Source of the DNA: Thermoplasmatota archaeon
GTDB taxonomy: Archaea; Thermoplasmatota; E2; DHVEG-1
Reading direction: 5' to 3'
Length of the DNA stretch: 64,000 nt
Assembly: GCA_041650455.1 (NCBI GenBank)
Contig: JBAZLE010000001.1
Location: 157-64,156 of the forward strand
Both the position numbers and the translations under genes were made by a program. Within the stretch, counting starts at the first letter, position 1; each line of letters starts with the position of its first letter. The notes beneath the pieces were generated by a model that saw only the letters and a list, made by a program, of their open reading frames with translations, made no database searches and was not told where the DNA came from. Positions 57,331-64,000 of the stretch are shown in pieces.

Positions 57331-60300
57331 TTACTTCTGTTTTCCAGGTTTTAGGATGATCGCATGACCTGATCGTCCATCTAACTTGACGTGTAACGGC
57401 GCGGGGAGATGCACATGATCCACATAATTCAATTTTCTCATCACACGCTGTTTCTCGAGCCATTCGCAATCGATAAAACAACTGTCTGAGTTCAAAGGGA
57501 TATCAATATAACCAATCCCATGGCTGATCATGTTCTGGAAGAAGTGGGTTCCTTGTGATGGTTTAATGTTGAAATTCTCAAGAGCAGTTTCAATGATAAC
57601 CCGTGCACCGGAGATTTGTCCCCAGCGGACGGGAATCCCCAGCCATCGATCCTGTGTACCCCATCTGCCAGGTCCCATGAGAACATAGGGAGAGGCAGAT
57701 GCAAGGAGCGTTTTGTTAATCTTCCCAATTTCTTCAGCAATTTCGACGGTTTTTGAAGAATCGAAACGATCAGAGGGAACATACACAATATCTTGGATCG
57801 TATGAATCAATCCATTGCCTAATGCTCGATTGGAGCGGATGAAGATTTCTTTTTTTGCTATATTACTGTCCCACCCGATATCAAGCGGTTCTATGGAAAC
57901 GACAAATGGTCGAATCTGGAGGATCGCAAAGGTGGGCGAGGTGCGGGTTTGTGGATCGATATTCACTGCAAATTCAAATTCTACGGGACAGCCCATCCCT
58001 TTCTGACCAAGCAGTAACAGGTCTTTTAGGATCGGTGCGAGGGGAAATGCATCATATTTCAGTATTCCTGCAAACGTGATTAAGGGGGGTCCTGTTTCCG
58101 CTAAACCATCCCGAATGACACCATCGTTTCGATCATAGCTACTTGCCACAAGGTCAAGGGATCCATCGTTTCTAATATCGCTTGTTTGCAGTTTAATGAT
58201 AGGAGTGTTATGAGGGTCTAGAAGCTGGAAGTCTCTATTGTTCATGTTTAACACATACAGCTCTCGCTGTGTATGTTCAAGGACCAACTCTGGTGAGGAA
58301 AAATCAGGAGTGATCCCTGGAAAGCTAGGGCAGAACCGGAACACCTTCTCCCCGCCCACCACTGCTTTTCCAAGGCCCACCGCAATATTTACAATTCCCT
58401 CCTCGGGAGTCTGGTGAGCGATCGGATAGAAATTATAGGATTTTGCAACCCCGGAAAACGTAGGATAATATCTTCCATCGTATTCACTTCCGACAAGCTC
58501 TTGGATGATAACCGCCATTTTTTCCTCTTCGATCTTCAGGGAAAGGGATTCTGCATACGCCTTAGGCTCTCTGAAAAACACAGACGCGTAGACAAGTTTA
58601 ATGGCTTGGCAGAGTTGATTTAACCGCTCTTCATCCTCCTCATGGTTGTTCGGCAATAGATGTGTTGAGTACAACCCTGCAAATGGATGATTTTGATAAT
58701 CCTCTAGCAGGCTTGACGATCGCACAGCAAGTGGCGTTCGGAAATGTTGTAAAATCACGTTTAGTTTTTGTTTTAACTCACCGCAGATATCACATTCGAG
58801 GAACGCATGCGCAATCTCTACATCGGTGCGCTGTTCATTTTTGAAAAAACGATGTAGGTTATGATCTGAGACAAAACGATCGAATTCAAGAGTCCCGATC
58901 ACCACGGTGTTCGGTACTTTGATTTTAACATTTTTATATTTTTCTTCTAATTTGTAATGCGTCAAAAGTGATCGCATGAAGGCAAGACCTCGTCCTTTTC
59001 CTCCCAGGGAATCTCCTCGTAATCGTGTAAAGGAGGAGTCAAACTCAAATTTTTGTTCATTGAAGTCAGTAATAATCCCTTGTTGTTTGCTTTTTCGCGC
59101 CTTGTTAAACACTGAAATGAGATACTCTCTAGCTGCATCCAGATTCGAAAAATCAGATACTTTTTTCGGTCGCAATTCTTTCGCTAAATCAAATTCACAG
59201 CGCGCCATGAGCCAATTGGAGAAATGATTTCGTTCGGAATGATAGATGATGGATTCCATCGGTATTCTCTGGAGTGCTTCTTCAAATTCTCGCATGTTTG
59301 AGGCCCGATCAATCTCTGTCGTCTGCACATGTTGCCTCTCAGACCCTGTCAACATCGGTTTCTTTTTCTGTATTTTATTCTCCTTAGGCAACAAAAACAA
59401 GAAATCACCAAAACCAAGATGGTTCACGAGGAAATGCTGGAAGTCGAGTACCAACGTAGGGGATTTCTTATGTAAAAAATAAGCATCTAATAGATCTGCT
59501 TTTTCTCTGTTAGCCAAATCGGTGGATTGCATCATGATGGGAAGATGAATCGACTCTTGTCGTATCAATCGCACAAACTCAAATCCTGCAGCATGATTCA
59601 CTCGCCCGTCCTTTTTAAACACAACATCTGAGAGAATTCCCAGGATGTAGTCCTTGTATTTTTTATAATAATACATGGCTTCTTCAAATGTCTCCGCAAG
59701 CAGAATCTTTGGTCGTGCCCTGCGACGTAATTGTCGCTGCATCTCATTGAGATCCTCAGAAAGAGATCGTCGAGTCTGCTGGACGACTTCGGTATAGAGC
59801 ATCGGCAGGAACATTGAGTAATGATAGATAGAATCCTCAACCATGATCAGAACACGAACATTCCCATTGACTGTGTCATATCGAACGTTCACACTGTCCT
59901 CGACATATTTGATAATAGCAAGAAACAGGGTAGGGTCTCCAGTCCAAGCGAATATTTTATCAACCCCTTTTTTGACATCCTCGCGGTCCTGGAACTGGTT
60001 GATATCCGCTCGATCCGTAGCAAGTAAAACGATGGGTAACCCAGGATGCAGTTGCTTGATTTTTTTCCCAAACTCAAACGGGTCCATCCCAATGTTTTTT
60101 GCCATGGTGATAATCAAGTCGTATCGATGTTCTTTGAGTTTCTGTATCGCGTTTTTCCCTGAGAACACACGGGTCACTCGCGGAGGTTGGCTGAGCAGAA
60201 GATGCTGATATTGTCCGATGACGAGTTCTGCGATTAATCCTTCTTCCTCGATGGTAAAGGCATCATACAAGCTTGAGACAATAAGGATGTCTTTGACTCG

Positions 60301-60402
60301 AAACGGCATGAGAGCATGGTAGATCTGCGTGCCTAGGTCGTAGGTTCCTTCAAAATCGTCTTGTATCCGTGTACTGTGAAACCCTGTCTTTTCTACTTTC
60401 AT
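57331..60402 (-). CDS. Large multidomain protein: two receiver (REC)-like domains plus a PEP synthase/PPDK N-terminal (ATP-grasp, PPDK_N) domain
   Basis: The C-terminal half has GGKGRGLAFM and VRSSSLLEDYQNHPFAGLYSTHL, which are the PPDK_N signatures. The N-terminal ~330 aa consist of two CheY-like alpha/beta units (KDILIVSS...DLII, VRVLIMVEDS...). No phosphohistidine or PEP-utilizer domain is present. Confidence 0.7.
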   Translation of the reverse strand: MKVEKTGFHSTRIQDDFEGTYDLGTQIYHALMPFRVKDILIVSSLYDAFTIEEEGLIAELVIGQYQHLLLSQPPRVTRVFSGKNAIQKLKEHRYDLIITMAKNIGMDPFEFGKKIKQLHPGLPIVLLATDRADINQFQDREDVKKGVDKIFAWTGDPTLFLAIIKYVEDSVNVRYDTVNGNVRVLIMVEDSIYHYSMFLPMLYTEVVQQTRRSLSEDLNEMQRQLRRRARPKILLAETFEEAMYYYKKYKDYILGILSDVVFKKDGRVNHAAGFEFVRLIRQESIHLPIMMQSTDLANREKADLLDAYFLHKKSPTLVLDFQHFLVNHLGFGDFLFLLPKENKIQKKKPMLTGSERQHVQTTEIDRASNMREFEEALQRIPMESIIYHSERNHFSNWLMARCEFDLAKELRPKKVSDFSNLDAAREYLISVFNKARKSKQQGIITDFNEQKFEFDSSFTRLRGDSLGGKGRGLAFMRSLLTHYKLEEKYKNVKIKVPNTVVIGTLEFDRFVSDHNLHRFFKNEQRTDVEIAHAFLECDICGELKQKLNVILQHFRTPLAVRSSSLLEDYQNHPFAGLYSTHLLPNNHEEDEERLNQLCQAIKLVYASVFFREPKAYAESLSLKIEEEKMAVIIQELVGSEYDGRYYPTFSGVAKSYNFYPIAHQTPEEGIVNIAVGLGKAVVGGEKVFRFCPSFPGITPDFSSPELVLEHTQRELYVLNMNNRDFQLLDPHNTPIIKLQTSDIRNDGSLDLVASSYDRNDGVIRDGLAETGPPLITFAGILKYDAFPLAPILKDLLLLGQKGMGCPVEFEFAVNIDPQTRTSPTFAILQIRPFVVSIEPLDIGWDSNIAKKEIFIRSNRALGNGLIHTIQDIVYVPSDRFDSSKTVEIAEEIGKINKTLLASASPYVLMGPGRWGTQDRWLGIPVRWGQISGARVIIETALENFNIKPSQGTHFFQNMISHGIGYIDIPLNSDSCFIDCEWLEKQRVMRKLNYVDHVHLPAPLHVKLDGRSGHAIILKPGKQK

Positions 60403-60599
60403 GTCGTCACATCAGAACGATAGATTTCCTACAATCAAACACCTAACACTATTAGAATTTTTTTATGGACATGGAATGGTCCTTTTTTATCTATCGGTAC
60501 CAAAAATTTTATTATGCTTCAACAGTTTGCAGGTTCCACTTCCGGAGATTGCAATTCTGATAATCTACACAATTTAAAATAAAAAAGGTTGCGACGTCT

Positions 60600-61088
60600 A
60601 TGACTATAAAAATCATTGTCACAGGTGGGACATTCGATAAAGAATACGATCCGTTAACCGGTCAATTATATTTCAAAGGAACCCATGTCATCGAGATGCT
60701 TCGACTTGGGAGATCGCGGATACCTGCTCAAATACAAAAAATAATGATGATGGATAGCCTTAGTATGACCGAAACCGACAGAAGACAAATCCTTGCTGAG
60801 TGTCAGAAGTCCACACAGGATAAAATCCTGATCACCCATGGGACGGATACCATGGTGGAGACCGCAAAACTCCTCGGTCAGCATATCAAAGATAAGACAA
60901 TCATTTTGACCGGTGCGATGATCCCCTATGCATTTGGCAGCTCTGATGGTCTCTTTAACTTAGGGAGTGCGTTAGCGTTTGTCCAAACACTCCCCGCTGG
61001 AGTGTACATCTCTATGAATGGGAAATACTTTCATTGGGATAACGTTCGAAAGAATAAGGAAGTCGGATTATTCGAACCAATCAAATAA
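60600..61088 (+). CDS. Short asparaginase N-domain protein (162 aa)
   Basis: IIVTGGTFDK and ILITHGTDTM, the asparaginase/glutaminase N-terminal threonine motifs. No C-terminal domain is present. Confidence 0.65.
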   Translation: MTIKIIVTGGTFDKEYDPLTGQLYFKGTHVIEMLRLGRSRIPAQIQKIMMMDSLSMTETDRRQILAECQKSTQDKILITHGTDTMVETAKLLGQHIKDKTIILTGAMIPYAFGSSDGLFNLGSALAFVQTLPAGVYISMNGKYFHWDNVRKNKEVGLFEPIK

Positions 61089-61207
61089 CCCTCGTGATGG
61101 TTTTTCCACCTTGATTTCTTTTCATAATCATCCATCTGTTCGAATCGATGTCTTCGATGGAATCGAAAGATGACAGAAAATAAAAAAAAAGAGTAGAATC
61201 GTGGTAC

Positions 61208-62587
61208 TTACACGATCCCTTGATCCAGCATTGCATCAGCGACTTTAACGAATCCTGCGATATTGGCTCCTTTGATATAATCGACCTTCTCGTTCGATAT
61301 TCTTCCGTATTTCACGCAGGCTTCATGGATGTTCTTCATGATTTGATGAAGGTGCTGGTCGACCTCTTCGGCGGTCCAGTTCATCCGCATGCTGTTCTGT
61401 GACATCTCAAGACCTGAGACGGCGACACCACCGGCATTCGCTGCTTTCCCTGGAGCATACATCATTTTCTCTGTGGCAAACTTTGCGGCATCAGCGGTAC
61501 AACCCATGTTCGAAACCTCCACGACAAGCATACAACCATTTTTTAACAATTGTTTCGCATCCGTCAGGTCCAATTCGTTCTGGGTCGCACAGGGCATAGC
61601 GATATCACATTTCACTTCCCATGGTCTTTTCCCTGCGTAAAAGGGAACTTTAAATTTCTTTGCATAATCCTCGACTCGATCGTTATTTGACGCACGCATC
61701 TCAAGCATATATTCGATTTTCTCTCCTGTAATCCCGTCTTTGTCATAGATGTATCCATCGGGGCCAGAAAGGGTCACAACCTTGCCGCCAAGTTCATTGA
61801 TCTTTAAGGCGCATCCCCAGGCGACGTTCCCGAATCCTGAGAGCGTCACGGTCTTTGCTTTGAAACTCTCGTTTTTCAATTTCAGCATCTCAGACGCAAA
61901 ATAGACAGCTCCATACCCGGTCGCCTCAGGGCGAATCAGACTACCGCCCCAATTTCTCCCCTTTCCAGTGAGCACACCGGTGAACTCATTTCGGAGTTTC
62001 TTATACATTCCGAACAAATATCCGATTTCCCTACCACCAACACCGATATCACCAGCGGGCACATCGGTATTCGGACCGACATGTCGGAATAATTCCATCA
62101 TAAAGGATTGACAAAACCGCATGATTTCCATGTCTGATTTTCCTCGGGCGTTGAAATCAGAGCCACCTTTTCCCCCGCCCATTGGCAGGGAAGTCAAACT
62201 GTTTTTGAAAATCTGTTCGAAACCAAGGAATTTTAAAATGCTTAAATTGACACTCGGATGGAATCGCAGACCGCCCTTATACGGTCCAATCGCGCTGTTA
62301 AACTCAACGCGGTATCCTCTGTTCACCTGGATTTCCCCTTTGTCATCGACCCAAGGGACACGGAACATGATCATACGCTCAGGTTCCACGAGACGTTCGA
62401 GGATTTTTGCTTTTTTATACTTCGGGTTTTTTTCGATAAATGGCATGACGCTTTCAGCGAATTCCTGAACCGCTTGATGAAATTCTTTTTCACCAGGGTT
62501 TTTTTCCATGACTTTTTCCATGAATGTTTTCACGTTTTCATCCATAAGGATAGCCTCCAACTGTTCGTGGTCCGTATCAGCCTCCAT
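61208..62587 (-). CDS. gdhA: Glutamate dehydrogenase
   Basis: GGGKGG glutamate-binding loop, GFGNVAWG NAD(P) motif, ~459 aa. Confidence 0.9.
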   Translation of the reverse strand: MEADTDHEQLEAILMDENVKTFMEKVMEKNPGEKEFHQAVQEFAESVMPFIEKNPKYKKAKILERLVEPERMIMFRVPWVDDKGEIQVNRGYRVEFNSAIGPYKGGLRFHPSVNLSILKFLGFEQIFKNSLTSLPMGGGKGGSDFNARGKSDMEIMRFCQSFMMELFRHVGPNTDVPAGDIGVGGREIGYLFGMYKKLRNEFTGVLTGKGRNWGGSLIRPEATGYGAVYFASEMLKLKNESFKAKTVTLSGFGNVAWGCALKINELGGKVVTLSGPDGYIYDKDGITGEKIEYMLEMRASNNDRVEDYAKKFKVPFYAGKRPWEVKCDIAMPCATQNELDLTDAKQLLKNGCMLVVEVSNMGCTADAAKFATEKMMYAPGKAANAGGVAVSGLEMSQNSMRMNWTAEEVDQHLHQIMKNIHEACVKYGRISNEKVDYIKGANIAGFVKVADAMLDQGIV

Positions 62588-62736
62588 TATTAAAATCTAT
62601 GTATTGGGACGGGAAAAAAACAAGAAAAAATAAGGTGATTTACTGTTATGATGTATGGTTCCAATGTGTTCTTTTTTATCGTAAGGTATTAATAGAGATT
62701 ACAGATTCAAAATTCAACTATCGGGGGACAACTTAC

Positions 62737-63201
62737 ATGAAAACAGCAGATGTCGACAGAATTCTCAAAAAACATGAATATACTAAATCTGCATTAATAC
62801 CCATCCTTCAAGATATCCAAGCAGAACATCGTTGGCTCCCTTGTGAGACCCTCAAGTATGTTTCAGAAAAACTTGACATTCCCCTCATCGATGTCTATAG
62901 CCTCGCTACCTTCTATAAATCATTTAGTCTCAAACCACGAGGAAAACATGTGGTGACAGCGTGTTGTGGAACTGCGTGTCATGTCCGAGGTGGTCCAAAA
63001 GTTCTACAAGAAATACAAAATGAATTACATATTGGTATTGATGAGACCACACCTGATCAGACATTTACTTTAGAAACGGTCCGCTGCCTTGGTGCTTGTG
63101 CACTTGGACCACTTGTAGTTATTGATGGAAAATATCATGGCCAGATGAATACAAAAAAAGTCGCTTCTACATTAAAAAAATACGCGAAGAAAAAGAAATA
63201 A
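62737..63201 (+). CDS. NuoE/HoxE-like 2Fe-2S thioredoxin-like diaphorase subunit
   Basis: CCGTACHVRG...CLGACALGPLVVIDG cluster. Trimmed to the internal Met. Confidence 0.8.
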   Translation: MKTADVDRILKKHEYTKSALIPILQDIQAEHRWLPCETLKYVSEKLDIPLIDVYSLATFYKSFSLKPRGKHVVTACCGTACHVRGGPKVLQEIQNELHIGIDETTPDQTFTLETVRCLGACALGPLVVIDGKYHGQMNTKKVASTLKKYAKKKK

Positions 63202-63246
63202 AGCAGGGTTCAACAGCCTAAAAATTACATCGGTATGTGATAAAAA

Positions 63247-64000
63247 ATGAATAAAATACAAACCGCTTCAGACCTCAAGAATATCAGAGAAACCATAATA
63301 AAAAATACGCGGAAAGGAAAAACTATCGTCACACTGTGCGGTGGAACCGGCTGTCATGCATCAGGTTGTTCAAATGTTATCTCTGCGTTCAAACGGGAAT
63401 TGAAAAAAAATAAACTTCAGAATGCGGTAGATATCAAAGTAACTGGTTGCCATGGATTCTGCGAAAAAGGACCGATTGTAGTGCTTCATCCAAAAGGAAT
63501 TTTCTACAAACAAGTGAAACCCAGGGATGTAAAAGAAATCGTCGAACAGACACTTTTAAAAGGAAAAATCGTCAATCGATTACTTTATATTGATCCATTG
63601 ACTGGAAAAAAAATCACTTTGGAAAAAGACGTACAATTTTATAAAGGGCAAAAACGCATCGTCTTTGCGGATAATGGTTTGCTTGACCCCTATAAAATTG
63701 AGGATTACATTGCAATCGGTGGATATACTGCTGCAGTTAAAGCACTTACTCGCATGTCACCTGAGAAGATTATTGATGAAATAAAGAAATCAGGCTTACG
63801 TGGACGAGGGGGCGCAGGATTCCCTACGGGCGTAAAATGGGAATCATGTCGCAACGCTAAAGGTACAACAAAATATATTATATGCAATGCAGACGAAGGC
63901 GATCCTGGTGCGTACATGGATCGGAGTCTTATTGAAGGAAATCCGTTTAGCATCCTGGAAGGGATGTTGATTGGTGCGTTCTCAATTGGTGCAAATCAAG
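63247..64000 (+). CDS. NuoF/HoxF-like NAD(P)H-binding flavoprotein subunit; C-terminus runs past the window end, partial
   Basis: Starts MNKIQTASDL. An N-terminal thioredoxin-like 2Fe-2S domain (CGGTGCHASGC...CHGFCEKGP) is followed by GLRGRGGAGFPTGVKW, the FMN/NADH-binding motif. The ORF runs off the window. Confidence 0.8.
   Translation, partial: MNKIQTASDLKNIRETIIKNTRKGKTIVTLCGGTGCHASGCSNVISAFKRELKKNKLQNAVDIKVTGCHGFCEKGPIVVLHPKGIFYKQVKPRDVKEIVEQTLLKGKIVNRLLYIDPLTGKKITLEKDVQFYKGQKRIVFADNGLLDPYKIEDYIAIGGYTAAVKALTRMSPEKIIDEIKKSGLRGRGGAGFPTGVKWESCRNAKGTTKYIICNADEGDPGAYMDRSLIEGNPFSILEGMLIGAFSIGANQ

Noticed and set aside
63705-63953. 82-aa minus-strand ORF
   Set aside because: It is antisense within the NuoF-like gene.

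Overview
This 64 kb window looks archaeal, probably euryarchaeal-like, at roughly 40-45% GC with one strongly AT-rich accessory stretch. Evidence for archaeal origin: TFB, ribosomal protein S3Ae, NAC-alpha, ABCE1, Mre11-Rad50, NreA, CDP-alcohol phosphatidyltransferase, two UbiA prenyltransferases, and an intron-containing tRNA-Leu. Most of the window is dense housekeeping coding sequence (glyA, pyrG, gdhA, hflX, NfnAB-like, NuoEF-like, Nnr, DEAD-box helicase plus cold-shock protein), together with several large secreted surface proteins. The most interesting region is about 5.2-11 kb, possibly extending to 14.4 kb. An unannotated RNase P RNA gene (rnpB, about 5260..5566, +) is followed by at least three progressively degraded direct copies of its last ~28 nt, at 9117, 9757 and 10923, with a possible fifth copy near 14350. 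These copies separate small AT-rich cargo modules: two paralogous secreted-protein families (one member frameshifted, one reduced to a signal-peptide stub), a RelE/antitoxin pair, a Fic/Doc protein, and an Ala-rich helical protein. This is the expected footprint of serial site-specific integration into the 3' end of rnpB, with the integrase now lost. Other observations include a multi-receiver plus PEP-synthase-N-domain protein upstream of NfnAB, a 1600-aa surface protein with tandem 105-aa repeats and a C-terminal anchor, an S3Ae with a ~100-aa charged tail, a perfect 17-bp palindrome in a divergent promoter region, and a conserved archaeal GTPase/DUF operon. No CRISPR array, rRNA or intact transposase/integrase was found.
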